Of a stretch of DNA of 64,000 nt, positions 12,501 to 26,863 are shown piece after piece (the first letter of the stretch is position 1; each line of letters begins with the position of its first letter). Location: positions 15,221,037 to 15,285,036 of the forward strand of contig OZ316891.1 in assembly GCA_973895155.1 (NCBI GenBank), given 5' to 3'. Position numbers and translations under genes: made by a program. This DNA comes from Marsupella aquatica (Eukaryota > Plantae > Marchantiophyta). Below the pieces are notes generated by a model. The model worked only from the letters and a program-made list of their open reading frames with translations. It ran no database searches and was not told where the DNA came from.

Positions 12501-15500
12501 TAGGCAAAGCAAAACAAAAATCATTCTCCCATTGATTCGTTGCCTGCTGAATATGTGGTGCTTTTAGTTGGGTCTATAGTTTGTTATAGCTTTTGCAGCA
12601 GACTTTGGGTTTCTAGAAGATAATAAGTTAAAATAGCTATGTATTAGAACGAACAACCTATATAGAAGAATCTTCAAAAGGATACGCAAAAGTCAGGGCC
12701 CTCGTCAAAGTCAGTCTGTTAATGAAGGCCAAAACATCTGTGTCTTTTTATCCTTTTCACCCTCCTTCGCTTTTTGAAGAAATAGAAGGAAATGAAGAAA
12801 ACTGCAGGTAATATTATTTTGTGAGAATGAATCCCAAGTAACTATACAACTTGCAATGATGAAGGGCATAGGAATTGATCCCTAGTAACTATACAACTAG
12901 CAATGATGAAGGACATAGGAATTGAAGCGCAGTTAAAATATTCAATCTCAAACTCTGTGCCCTGGACAAGGTGGCGCACGCCCAGAGGAGGATATGGGTT
13001 ATGGGAATGTCAGAATGATTTTTATGTTAAATATGATACAAGGTATACATGTTGCATCTATGTGACGTAGTGGCAGCAGATCTATGTGACGTAGTGGTAG
13101 AAGAGGACAGTTCCGTCCATGAGGTGCATCTATGTGACGTAGTGTTTGAAGAGGACATTTCGGTCCACGAGGTCGTGAGTTCGAATCGAGGCACAAAGCA
13201 GTTTTTCTTCACCCGTCGATGAATGGCAGAGATGTAATTGAACTTAAAGGGGTTCGATAAATTTTGACATGGAATAATAAATGGAAAAGGTGGCAGAGAA
13301 ATAATTGAACTTAGAGGGGTTAGATAAAGTTATACATGGAATAATAAATGGAATAGACAGCCATCCTAGGCCCAAATTAAAATAATTCATCACCAAAACA
13401 AATTGGAGTTGGGAGACTCAAACAGTGATGTATCATAAGGGGAAGTTGCAAAAACTCGAGCAAATCCATGGGTGCCTGCTTGTTCTCTCCTTGTCTTCTA
13501 CAAAATATGTCAATTTAGGTGGCTGTCTGGTACTAGTGGAGCATTTTCTTGACATGCCTTGTTTGTGCTATCTCCTGTGTATATCACACTTCCAATGAAC
13601 AAATGTGTCAATCCAGGCGACAGGATCCCAAAGGCAACCCAATAAAGGCAGAAAGCAAAAGAAAACCCCTGGGAAGACCAAAAAGCCAGAGCGTCCTTTA
13701 GTCTTCTTCAAATTCAACGGGCTACCAGGTCGAATTGAATTTTTAGTAAGAATTTTCTAATGGTGAGCTTATAAGACATGGGTTTTGGCTAGGTTCAGCG
13801 TTTTGTTCCTTTGCAGTTTATGGTATTCATGGACAATTGACTTCGTGTCATTCCCTTTGAAGTTGAATGTGGACCTTACAATGAATGAAAACAGTTGGGT
13901 TGTCATGCACAACGACCTGTCTACTCACATATGGTGTCTATATGTCTTGCATGGCAAAGAGTGGGCCCAAGTAAATTTGTCTTTTTCTTGTCTAGAACTC
14001 TTGATCACCTCCTGAGGTGGTCCGAACATCTCCAAGCATTGGCTGCTTGGCCACGGGGCATTATTTTACTGAAATTCGTTTGAACAGAATTGTGGTCTGG
14101 AGAAAATCTTTGGGGCAAGAAATGGCACTCCAATTGACTCTCGATGGGACTCCCCTGCTTTTTTGCTCTTTTGGTCTTCCTGGGAATTTTCACTTGTTTT
14201 GTCCCCTTTTTTGGTCTCCTGTATGCCCCCTTGGGCACCTTTTGCTTTTGGTGGTGTGCTATATACTTTTCTGGGATTTCTTGGAGCCAACCTTTTTTTT
14301 GCATAAGACATAGCTGCCACTGAATGTTTTCTACTAATCACACTGCCACTGTTTTCATTTGTGGATTAAAAAGCAATTAACCCAAGTTAGCTCTTTCACA
14401 TCCAATGGCTGTCATTGCATCCAATTTTTCTATCAGACTGCCTGGGTATCCCTCAAGGTGACTTTGACTAAGGGGTGGGTCCAGTGGTCCATACACCCAC
14501 CCTCTTTCCAGGGCTAGCCTATCCCTGCGCAGTCTTTGCCAGATCAAGCTAGGGGTGGTCAAAGTCACCTTGAGGAAGACTAGAACCATGCACAGAGTCT
14601 TTGCCTCTATCAAGCTAGGGAGGTCAAAGTCACCCTTGAAGAAAACTGGAACCATCCAATTGTCAAACTGCCCAGGGTCTTCACTTATTTCCTTTCTACC
14701 CATCACTCGACAGTAAGTATTGGGTTTATTTATTGGGTTGAGAATAATACTTTTAAATTTCTGTAGAATAATATTAGGGTTTTTTAAATCCAATTTTGAG
14801 AATTATAAGAGAAAATAGAATTCCAGGAACAAATTTTGGGGATATTTTTAGAAAAATAGTTCAAAATTTCTTTTTTTGGTATTTTTAGGGTGTTTAGTAG
14901 CTAAAAACGTGGAGTGTATTATGAGACTTCCTTTAGAGTGAGGCCCCAAGTCTGGGTGCAATGACAGCTACTGGATGTGAAGGGGTTATTCCAGATTTTG
15001 AAGCTCCTATATGGTGAATCCAACTTTCACATTTTGTCTTATTCAGATCTTGTGTCAAGTATTTTGATTTTAATGTGCCTTAAGAAAGTGAATCATCAGT
15101 ATTAATTTGATTTTGAATTAACTTTTGTACCCCTTTTAATTTTAGTGAACTTATAGTATTTTGAAAGTATTTGGCTCCCCTCTTAAATGTTTAATCTTTC
15201 ATTCACTCCTTAGTGAATTCTCTTTCTGTAATGAAAGTGAGAGAAATGAGTTTGAACAATGTGCACATCTAGTGTACTAAGTTCCCCTAGTGATCTCCTT
15301 TACAGAATTTATGGTTTTAAGTGAGTTGACTGTCATTACTTAGAAGGAAGTCTAAGTGAAAATCTGTATGTGCACAACTCTTTAGTAACTTTGTACTTTC
15401 TTGGTCATAATATGTTTTTTTTTGCATGTGTATTTATGGTTTTGTGTGTTATGGCACTCACTCTTAATTAAGAGATATTAATTTCTTGGCATATACTTTA

Positions 15501-15636
15501 TATGTACCTAGTCACCTACTTCTTTTATCATAAAATTAGATATCACTACAAGACAAAAAAAAGACATGTTCCAAGATGAACATGCTATATCCAGGTTAGT
15601 TTTCTTAACATAAAAATGAAAACAGTGACATTGTGA

Positions 15637-17120
15637 TTTTATTTCCATAATTTCAATCTCTTATATCTAATTTACTATTTACTTTCATGAATGCTCGATG
15701 AGTATTCAGCGTGTACATTTTCAATTCCACCCACAACCACATGTGCCTGCATAGTCATATTATCTAGAGATTTTACTTTAAACCATGGGCCCTAATTCTT
15801 GCCTTTGATCTGGTTCTATTAATTAGATATCTATCTATCTATATATTATAGTATAGTATGTAATCTTTCTTTTTCATAATTTGTTTCAAGAGATGTGATT
15901 TTGGGGTCAAGCTTAGTCAGTCATTCAAGCGTGGTGACATTTTTACTAACCATTAGATGGCCCTCAATGTGTCATTGCGCCATCTTCATGCCCAACTTGT
16001 CACTCTCCCCACAACCTTCATACCCCTTCAAACTCAAGGGCCTCAATCCAGGGAGTGTCCCATATCATGCACAAAGTTTTGGGGGAATAAAAACCCTAAA
16101 ATGTGAGTCAGTAAAGTTTTTGTGAGTAAATGTTTTACCCCTAACTTAATGGAAATTTCTTGGTATATTCCCAAATTTGGTTTTAAAAAACCCTATGATT
16201 CTTATAGTTCTCAAAAATGGATTAAAGCAACTAATGTTCTTTAACAAAAATTTAAAAGTCTTTCATTATAGAAACCCAATAAAAAAACCCTATACTTATT
16301 TGCGCATGATCGATGGGTTGGAATAAAAGAAGTGAGGACCCCAGGTCCTCAAATCCAGTTGTTACACACGTTCCCCCAACGTTTCAACTACCTGGTTATC
16401 AAACTTATGCTCTATAATATTTCCACTTAACATCACTTATCATTGACGATTAGCTCAATACCCATGCATTGCACAAATATGTGGCTGCGCAAAAGAAGGT
16501 GATGTGTTGAAGACGTAGTATGCAAAAAAGATGTTATTTTCAAAAAAGATGACTTTGAGCAAAAGATGTTATTTGTAAAATAGATGTCATTGGGCAAAAG
16601 ATCTCATTTGCCATATTTATGTTGCTTTACAAAGATGTCATTTTGTGAACATGTTTGCAAGAATGATAACATTGTGCAAAAGATGTTGTTTGCAAGAAAG
16701 ATGTTGTGTAATAGATTTCATGAGAGAGAAGATGACATAGCCCAAAAGATGTATTGACAACACAAAGTGAATGCGTAAGTGATGTTGTTTATGAAAAAGA
16801 TGACATTGCACAAAAGTTGTTGTTGCAGAAAAAATGCTTTGTAAAAGATGTCGTTTGTGGAGAAAATATAGTTGTGCAAAGATGATGTTTGTGGAAAAGA
16901 TGATATTGCTCAAAGATGCCATTGTATAAAGGATGATATTCATGGAAAAAATGACATTTTGTGGATACTGGACCCCAAGACTCCCTAACTTTCTACTTCC
17001 TATCTTTCTCCAAAAGTGCATAGTCTGTAGAGGGTGGGTCCTAGACCTTCTAACGTGCTCATGGATGGGAACCTTGGGAGGATGCTCCTTGGGACTTGTG
17101 CATTTTTGCCTCAACCTCCC
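15637..17120. repeat. Dispersed repeat, copy 2
   Basis: Colinear with 3536-4680. Confidence 0.85.
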
Positions 17121-18049
17121 CAATTGCCCCTACCCTTTTGCATAGCCCCCCATCCCTTTCCAGTTCTTTCTTTGCCTCCCTTTTTGCTTCCCCTCCTTCT
17201 TTGACACCCCTTTCAGACTTCTTCTGTGCCTCCCCTTTTTTTTCCCTTTTTCTTCAGCACGACAACACTATAATCTGTACGACGCCTATTGTAAAAAGTG
17301 GCAGGAAATTCCAGTATAGTTTTTAAGACTGCGCAATGCCTGGTTACATATCTCAACTGCCCAAGAATGAAGGCAACAAATGGGGAGAAAATAATCTCCA
17401 GGGCGGAGACCCAATAAATGAGAGCAAACAACCTAAAAACCCTGGGACAAATTAGTCTCCAATTCTCAAAAAAAGTATGACTAAGGAATTATAGCCCTTT
17501 CAAGCAACTAGAAAAACCTGATAAAGCTCTGGACCAAATCACACAAAAAGGTAAAAAAGAAGAGCTTGTCTGGAGTCCCTACATCCAAAAGCCTTGGCCT
17601 TCTAAAGAATTGTGCTTGTTTGATCTATAGTGCAACAAGCACTTGTTGCTGAAGAAGGCAATGAGGGCAAAACTTTTGGGATAAGGTTGCCTTTCTACAC
17701 AAAAGACTGCACATGCATGCTACTAAAGTAATAATCAAAGAGAGAATAATTATGGAACCCCAAACACTTCCAAAGTACGCTAGTAATTTAATGCGCGTTA
17801 GCCTAACATTCATAAAGGCAACTAAGGAGATGGTTGAATTAAAATGGGTCAGCTGGTGGCATATGCAACTTGGCTGATGACTATGGATTATGGACCTTGG
17901 AAGTTCCTTTCCAAATTTTTGGCACCACTTGCAGCCACATCAACATCTTTTGCCACAAACAGAAAAGTTTATGTTTGCACTTACAAACAAACATGATTGT
18001 TTGTGTTTGATGTGAGTTAAAGAAAAAAACTTAGACTCTCTCACAAAGC

Positions 18050-18550
18050 ACAAAAATTGTTGAGGTGAGAAAACATGTCAAGGTGAGGAAAAGATGCTTA
18101 GGTGAAAAAAATTTGTTGAGGGGAAAAAAAGATGTTGAGGTGCAGAAAAGATAGTGAGGTGAGAAAAAGATGTAAAGATGAGGAAAATATGTCAAGGAGA
18201 GGAAAGATGTCAAGGGCGAGGGAAGGATGTTGTGGTAGAGACGAACATGTCAAGGTGAGGAAAACATGGTGAAATGAGAAAAAGATAAGATGTCAAGTGC
18301 GGAAGGATATTGTGGTGAGATAAACATGTCAAGGTGAGGAAACATGGCAAAATGTAAAAAAGATAAGATGTCAAGGTGAGAAAATATGTCAATGTGATGA
18401 AAAGATGTCAAGCCAGGTGAGAAAAATTATCAAAGAGATAAAAAGATGTGGAAAATAGAAAATATGTCAGAGTGAGAAAAATAAATTGTGGTGAGATATG
18501 TCAATGTGAGAAAATATGGCGAGATTAGAAAAAATGTCAAAACAAGGTAT
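18050..18550. repeat. Degenerate ~20-bp tandem array (AAGATGTCAAGGTGAGAAAA)
   Basis: The same motif array occurs at ~28975-29420 and ~54715-55060. Confidence 0.75.
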
Positions 18551-18897
18551 ATAAGGAGAGATATATATGCAAAGACTAGAAAGATATTCACCCTGTGCGG
18601 ACCCCATCTTTTTTGACTCTTTCAGTAAAACACCATTATTACCCTATACGGTTAGTATAGCCATAATATGTACTTAAGATACCGCCGCCAAACGAAGGAA
18701 AAGAAAGCTACGTACACAGCCATGGTAGGTACCGTACCTTTACCAAGTCATGAGTAAAGGGGCAATCATGAACGCCACCAGAATAATGCCTTGATTAGGA
18801 TTGTCAGAATTGAGCCGCTGAATCGAGGCACTTCACGATTACGAGACAACGACTGTCCCATCCTTCTGGACATCCGCAAACCAAAGAGGCTCCACAT

Positions 18898-21800
18898 TTG
18901 AGCTTAAGGCAGGAAGGCGGGCTAGTTTTCGTCTCACAACACATTAGAACTCTCGACAAACCACCCCCCCCTACGAGAGCACTTGGCGATCACCAGCACC
19001 ATCCACTCACTCCTCACTTACATCGAGCAAAAATGGAAGCGGCAAGAGCACAAAGAACAGAGGTTCCCCCGACCAAGAACAAGAAGGGAGCCCTGTTGGC
19101 CAAAGAGAAGATCCGCAACTCCATTACGAAGGTCCAACGTATCAAGGAGAGTCGATCGATACTTGACAGAGCCAGGATTTACGGCTTGGTCCGAATGGAC
19201 CGCTATCTATCAATATCTCAAGGAGGAGAAATCTGTTCACGAATCACTAAGGTAATAGTGTCACCCAAGGAGATGTTTATTACGTACCGGGGAAAGACTT
19301 ATACTTTCTCCAACCAAAAGTTGTGCGCAATGTTTGATCTTCCTAGGGTAGGAGGGCTGCCTCTCATGTACCAAGTAGACCCTCTCGAGGAAGCAGGCGG
19401 AGGTCCGGATAAGTCGAGGAAATATACAGTATGGCGCCATCCAGCAAAAGGAGTACTGCAACTTCATCAAGTTTTGCACCAAGTGATGGTTAAGAGCGGG
19501 TACCATCATGCCACACTACCAAGAATTGCCATCGCAAGGGCCCTATTTGTGGGATCCCCCATCCGCTTCAACTATGGAAGGCAAGTGTATCCGCTGTGAT
19601 CGACGCAAAGGGCTATCCAAAGTTCCCGTCACTATTAGCGTATCAACTAGGAGTTGTAGTACACAATATTTTTGAGATCCTGGAGACAGTCAGTAGAGCT
19701 CCGCCTGACAATTTGGACTCAAGAGAGTCGGAGTAAGAAGATCAAGAACAAGCCCAGGAGATAGTACTAGTAAGGGCTGAGTTGGGATCCACAGCTAATG
19801 TTAATGTGGATCCACCGGAATACAATGAAGAGGATTTTGAGACTGACGAGGAGGAAGAGGAGGGCAAAGCAGCTCAAAACTCGGATGCAGAGAGTGAGGG
19901 AGGAGCAGAAGACTTACAAAACCTGAGTGAGCAGGCCGAGCAATGTCGCAAGAGCCTCAAGAGGAAACAGAGGACAGTAACCCTCCCGGAGGAAAATGAA
20001 AACAAAGAAGAAGAAGAAGAAGAAGGGAGGAATGCCACCTTCCAACAACCCACGCTATCCGAACTTCTGGATACCACCAATTTGGCAGAGTTGAGAACTC
20101 CTGCCCAACGTCTGGAGTTCATAGGGAAGCCAATCCCCAACACCAGGGATCTACGTTACTGGTTGAGAGATTTGAAGGAGAGCAAGGCAATGGCAAGGAT
20201 AGCAGTCTTGGAATATGAGGGCAAGCTTCGGGACATGGAGAGGCTGAGGGTAGCAGAAGAGAAGGTTGAGCGACTCCTCGTAAAGGTACATAAGAAGTCT
20301 GAATCTAACAAGCTCGCATTGAAACAGCTGGAAGACTTAGAGGGATTGCTAGACAAAGCGAGGGAGAAGAATGAGGAAGCAACCACATCCCTGCAGCAGG
20401 CCCGAGAGGCGGTCCGGATGGAGAAAGTTGGGTCACAGGGCCAGTCATAGGCCCTAAAGGTTGAGTTAGGAAAGGCCCAGAAGGAGAGAAAGAAACTGTA
20501 GGAGCTATTGGCTGACAAGGAGGAAGAATGGAGTCACCTCTTGTCGACCGCTGAAGAGGAGTTAAAGGAGCTAACCACCCAGCATGCGATGTGCGGTTCT
20601 GTGTCCCAGTAGAAAGCCGATGAGCTGCAAAGGGTAATTGAAGAGTTGGAGCAGAGAGTAGGGGAAGGAGAACAATTGGCACTCCGGCTGTCCGACCAGC
20701 TGGCTGCGCATGGGAAAAGAACGGAAGAGCTCGCAGAGAAAGAGGCGTCAGCCAGACTGGGGGCTTTGGAGTGTGAAGAGAAGCTCCAAGAAGTAAGGAG
20801 AGTCAATCATGAGCTACAAGGACAATTGGAGGAGAAGCAAGCATACATTGTCGCATTAGAAGAAGAAGGAGAAAGAAGGGAGAAGGAGAGGAAGAGATGG
20901 CTATAGGAAGTAGCAAGTAAGGAGCTTGTCCAGCAATGCAGTAAGATGGTCCGGATTCCGACGAACACTTATGAGGCATGGGACCTAGAAGTGCAGAGCC
21001 TGCGGCATGAGGCTGCCACGGTAGCTAAGTTATTGAGGATGCACTAGCAAATTTGGTGCACAAAAGAAGGCTGGCACAACTCAAGAAGGTGAGTGTAACC
21101 TCGTGGAAACTATTCACGGGGCAGACGGGGGGGGGGGCAGAAGATAGCATCTCAAAATGCTATTGAAGTTGATGAAGCTATGGGGTTGGAAACCCTCCGT
21201 GTTATTTTGGCCGCAGTAGGGATTAACAAGAGGGCCATTCGTCCGGACGACTGCGACCAGATTTGGTACGACATCCTGGTCCGAATCAGATTTATGCTTC
21301 CATTCTTTGAATGGTCGGGAGCCATTGGTTCACCCAACCCACAGACTTATATTTTAGATTGGGAGGAAGGGCCAACAGCAAAGTCACACAAATCTTGCTG
21401 TCTGAACTGGAGTGGGAGCACGTTGGGCACCCCCATTATGTGGTACTCATGGCAGATACGGATACTACGCATCCTGGCTGCTCGGCATAGAAACTCCATT
21501 GGTTCTATAGTTTAGCAGTACATAGGAAAGTCTTTGATTTAGTAGAAGTAGTATTGAAGTCATGGGCGACGAAAGAAATCCACACCAACTGTGGGAAGTA
21601 TACTCTGCCCCGCCTAGTTACTTTTCTCCAAACGGCCGGATGGCACAACGAAGAGAGAAATGGGACAAGTGTGATTTTTAATCCTTACTACACCTTCCAT
21701 CTTATAGTAACCAATGAGTGGATGAGCTTTGTAGACCTCCCCGTTCTACCCCAATTCAGTCATCTTGCCATGACTCATTTTTATTCATGGTAGAGATCCA

Positions 21801-22498
21801 GCTGTAGTGGCTTGTGCGGGGGACACTATCCAAACCGATGAGCTTCCCTTTGATCCAGTTGATTTAGTCTGGGTGTTTGGGAAAAGACATCCTTTTGGGA
21901 AAGGGTGACCCCTGTGGAGAATGTAATTAGATGGTTAGAGGCAATATGGCAGCATGATCCCCGGGTTAGGATGCGACTGCCCCAGCACGAGGCCGACCCA
22001 CCATTAAGTCTTTTGGCTCAACTCTGGTGGTGGATAAATGCTCTTACAAATCGATATCCTTTCGGGCGTTTGCTTGCGGACCCCCGCTACTTCCGGTGCT
22101 ACTGTTTTGCGCGCTCTTTAATTGAGGTAGTGGATCAATCCGGACGAGCAGGCAAAGTCGACGTGGATCTTAATGGCGAGATGAAGTGTATAGGGATGCT
22201 CATGTGGAAGCTGTTTAGCCGGGCGGGGCCAGCAGCCACACGGATATACAATTTGTTAATAAGCGCCAAGTTCTTGAAGGGGGAGGACCCCATAATTAGA
22301 TGCAGAGGACCACCAGCGCCAACTCGAGCGTACCTCATGGTATACCAACCCAATCCTGACACCGTGGACAACAAAATTGAGCTTGAGGATAAATGGGGTC
22401 CTAACACTTACAAAGAATACCACAATTGGTGGGTGGTCATGGGTGAGACGCCGGGGAAATGGGAGGAACGACGCTTGAGACAGTGGAATGAGCTTTGA
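18898..22498 (+). pseudogene. Degenerate coiled-coil / Trp-rich ORF(s), probably TE-derived
   Basis: Long E/K/R-rich heptad region (19782-20906) in one frame with scattered stops, flanked by frameshifted coding-like segments. Confidence 0.5.
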
Positions 22499-22989
22499 CG
22501 ACAGCGTTGGAATCGCCGCTGGGTTGCGGCAGTGGCAGCAAGGGATCCAAAGGTATCCGCGTGGGAGGCCGCCCATGAAAGAGAAATAAGGTGGCCGCCT
22601 ATTGTGCCAGAGGAGTGAAAGAGCGGCGGATAGAATTAGGTTAGGGAAGGCACATCGCTTGGTAGAGCGACGGTGGCCATTGCCCCATTCTTAGGACAAA
22701 TTGTAAAGTATTTAAACCCCTGGACTATCGTGGGCAGAGGGGGAGAGCATTGCTCAGTTATATGGTACATATTCTTGCAAGCATAATTGCGTTGGTGTGT
22801 AATGTTCTTTTCCCGTTCTGATAAGTCAATCTTTATTGAATTTACAGTAGAGAATGTCGTTGAGGAAGTCAAGTTTGGATGCTCACAATAGTGACAACAG
22901 GAGGAGATTTTCCCCTGTATTGTAGTCTATCCGGACCAGCGTCAAGAGCGGACAAGCTCAATTGTTCTTATTGACTAGGTGTCTCGCCT

Positions 22990-23235
22990 CTCGGGGGGGT
23001 CACTTCCATGGAAGTGGCATATTATGTGCGACGAAGTATAGGGCCATTTAAATGGTTTTGGCGGAAGACTTATTAAGTTTTCTATGGAAATATAGGGTTG
23101 TTTAATTGCAAAATGCATGTACGTGTCATCACATGATTGGTGCTGTACAACTTTCTAGAAAGTGACTTAGGGGGGTCATAAATGACCCAAACCGTCGCAC
23201 GTGATGTATGACCCTTCATATAGTGACCCCCCGAG
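22990..23235. mobile_element. MITE, 246 bp, 8-bp TSD, same family as 38281-38553
   Basis: TSD TCTCGCCT on both sides. TIRs CTCGGGGGGGTCACT / AGTGACCCCCCGAG. First ~80 bp align with the 38281 copy. Confidence 0.85.
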
Positions 23236-25147
23236 TCTCGCCTACAATAAGAGTAAAGATGAAGAGCCCCAATGGTGAGGTGAGTCAAGGAGTCTAGCTG
23301 GAAATTAACCCCTACGCACCACCTCGCGTCTCCATCCCGTGGTATAACTCATAGGACGACAGCCTTTTACACATTGATCTGACGGCATACGCACCATTTG
23401 GGGGTGGATAAGGGAAAAGAGGTAGTGTCCCCTTTTCCTATCCCCCGGGTGGTTCGGACGCAGTCGGAATGGCTCACCTCCGCTAATGAGTACCGTCTTG
23501 TGACCTCATGGTCAGAATAGGAGAAGGTGTGCTCGGGGGAGGTTCGGACGAAGTAGAGCACTCTGAGTGGACATCCAAGCTAAGCCTAGACCTATACTTG
23601 GTCCGGATACAATCATGATAGGACGTTGGGTGCGGAAGCCTATAGCCAGGATGCCGAAACTGAAAGTTAGGATTACGAGAACTATGCATAATCATGCCTT
23701 TAGAAAATTAGTCCGTGACTTGGTGCCCCTTTTTGATCAGTGGTGTATAGGTGTCTTGAATATCCAAGGGGCTTTCCACGTAGTAGTAGGAGTAGAAGAG
23801 TTGTAGTGGTGTTCAATTCATATTGGTGCGAAGCCTGATAACCCAGGGCTGTAGAAGGGTTCCCTCGGAAGAGGATTGTTAAGTAGGTACAAAGGTCTAT
23901 TCGCTCATCCCGAGCCAAACACGGCACTCATCAAGGGAGAAGACTGGTCCGGATGCATAATCCTGACTTGGGTTTGCTGCTTCCCTGTGCTCCACCCCGA
24001 TGACACACCCATTATCCAATTGATGGGCATATTAAAATGGCCACCCTCTTCTCCATGAAATAATTCATGTTTTCATCTTGGGTAGAGTATGGGCAGGCTC
24101 AGGTCAACTGGGCAGAAATTTAAAATAAAATTTGTATATGGGTGGATCTCAGGATGCTAAAAAGTTGTTCTATAATCATGGGTTAGGATTTTCTCCGTTG
24201 TGTTTCTCAATTTGCAAAGAGAAGAGAATTTCCGACAAAATAAAGCACTACTGTGAGATAAGGATGTTTATGAAAGAAGGGTTAACTAACCATAAATTTT
24301 AGAATTTTTACGTTTAAGATCTCAAATGAGGCTGAAGAGGTACCTGAAGACTACTTTGAAGTGGTATGAGACTTTTAAGCCCATTTGAGGTCAACCCGAA
24401 TTGATATTAGAGAAGGAGGATCGACCCGGAACTTTTTACTATAAGCCGTGATGAGATATAAAAGCTTATACCGCGACTCTACTAAACAACAGCTGTCCAT
24501 TGCCAAAGTTTTTAAAACCATAAGTCAAACACAGGCACGACCACAGCAGAATCCGGATATAAAGAAGGAGAGTCGATCCGACCTCTCACACCTCTCAAAG
24601 CTGAACTTAGTAGGTTTTGAGCTCCCGAGCGCATTAGGCTGTTTAAGCAGTAGAGTGAGGAGGCTCTACCCTTTTGGTAGAGGATCTTGGGTCCGGATTA
24701 TAAGACCAATCTTGCATTGCATGATGAGAGCCTGGATATGAGGGTACTGACTAATTCGTTGTGAGGGGAATGCCTACTCCACCGCTGGAAGTGAAGGCAG
24801 GAAGTTTAAGATCCTGATTGTGGATACATCGGTTGTGAGAAGGAAGGCCAGGTCGACCCGGACATCACCATTGCAGGCCCGATTGAGTCTAGCTTTTCCC
24901 CAAGTTTGATGCACCTGTATTTTGGTTGACGGAATCTTGATACACTTTTCCAGAAAAGCTCGTCAGTTTATCAGAAACGCTGCGGCCAGGTCGACCCGGA
25001 CATTTCTACCAGTGGTCAACACCGAAGAGATTGAACATTCTGAAGCCGCAACATTGTAGAGCTCGCCGTAGAGGAGGCAGACCATTTACCAAAAAATAAT
25101 TTGCTACTTCCAGAAATTCTATGGAGCAAGGGGCGGATTGAGCCGGA

Positions 25148-26863
25148 ATGTCCACTTCTCGCATTTCTAAGGGGCATTCAACCTCAACATCACCTGCACC
25201 CACTCCGGTTAAAGCCCCTGTGAGACGATCAAAGAGAAAGGAGGTCCCCATTGCCATGAAAATTTTGAGGCCAGCTATTCCGGACAGTGAAGCTGAGAAG
25301 GTCAAATTGAGGGAGTCTTTGCTCAGGATGGGCTGTGAGTCTCTGATGGAGCTACCCTGGAGTTATCAGAGCGAAGATATGATCAGAGAGATCCGATCCA
25401 AGGAGTGTCCGACTGAGTTTAAGGATACCTCCAGAGGCCAACCTAAGCGATGGACTCAGATGATGGTTGCAGGAGCTTTTGTATTGGAAGATGAAGGAGA
25501 AGGTCCAGTGGGGAGAGCTGTCAATCTAATCCTTCCTTACTTCAAAGGAGCCATCAATAGTAAGGACGGGTTCAATATTTCTAAGTGTTTGGATCCTGAT
25601 TTGAAACGAGTCTTCAGCTTCCTGCTACCCCTGCTATATCCTGAGAAGCCACGAAGAGTTACTGTTGGAGTTGGCTCTACCATTGTTGCTGCTTACAAGG
25701 GAGAAAAAAAAGTCAACTAGGCTAAGCTTATCTTTGATTTGATAAGGAAGTTGGTACAGAACCTGTCCAATAAGAGTCCTACTCCCCTCTCCTGCTACCT
25801 GATACATCTATATAGCTTTGAAGGAGTCTTGTTCAGAGAGGAGAAGAAATTACTATTGGCCAAGTTCAACTTCATAAAGTATGGAGAGGCAGATCCAGAT
25901 ATCACCCAGGCCACCTCTGATGACAGTGAGGATGAGGAACCAGCAGAGACAAATCCTCGAAAGACCCGGTCTGCTGCCCGGAACCTCGACCCAAACTTTG
26001 CCAACCCGGCCTTCGTCGACCCGGCTGAATTTCCGGATGCACCCGGCCATGCCTCCCTAGACACCCTAGCTGATTTCCAGATCATCTCAGACACATTCCA
26101 GAAGGTAAAGAGGAAGACCACTGTGATGGAGAAGGCCATCACTGACATTTCTCAGAAGTTAGGAGTGAAACCAGGGCAGATTCTTGAAAAGATCTCCACC
26201 ATGAGTGATGCCACAGATAAGAGGAAGTTGGAGAAGGAGAATGAGTTCCTCAAGAAGAAGGTATCTGAACTCAAATAGCAGTTGGAAAGAAGTAAGAAGA
26301 AGAATGAGCTTGAGCATACTCTCCAACTCAGTATCACTCAATCTTTGGATCTGATTGAGCCTTTGACTGAGATAGCTTCTCTAGATCTTCTTAAGGCCCA
26401 AATTTATGATGAGTATTTGGCCAAGAACACCACACCCATCCCTTTCTCCAAGATTAACCATTTAGTGGTAGATGTGAGTGCTAGAGTGGATGATGCACTT
26501 ACGGGTCTCTCAAAGACCTGTGAAGCCTTAAGGGAGATGAGTGACTTGACTACAGAGGAGCTATTAGCTGATACTGAGATTCCTGCCTTTACTACTAGAT
26601 CTTTCTCTCCTAGTCCTCATGAAGGAGTCTATTCCACTGGTCCCTCATCACCCCTCAACCCTCCTGGTTTCCCCACTCCCAGTACACACTTCCACTCCCA
26701 TTCTTACACTTATTCTCATGACCCAAGTGCCCGTCAGGAGAACATGGATATTGACCCGTCCATCCCTTTTACCACTGGCCAGCAGGGAGTTTTCCTTCGA
26801 CCAGAACCCCTTGCCATAGCTAACCCTGAGGAGGTTCCTTCCCAAAAGCTAGGACCAGAATAG
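25148..26863 (+). pseudogene. Degenerate ~570-codon ORF of unknown function, probably a TE accessory gene
   Basis: Three ORF-track pieces in one frame, separated by two TAG codons. Globular N-half, acidic linker, coiled coil and Pro/Ser-rich tail; no introns. Confidence 0.65.

Noticed and set aside
14377-14440. MTAIG start resembling the FAD2 N-terminus (possible pseudogene)
   Set aside because: Similarity is limited to ~20 nt and no desaturase motifs follow.
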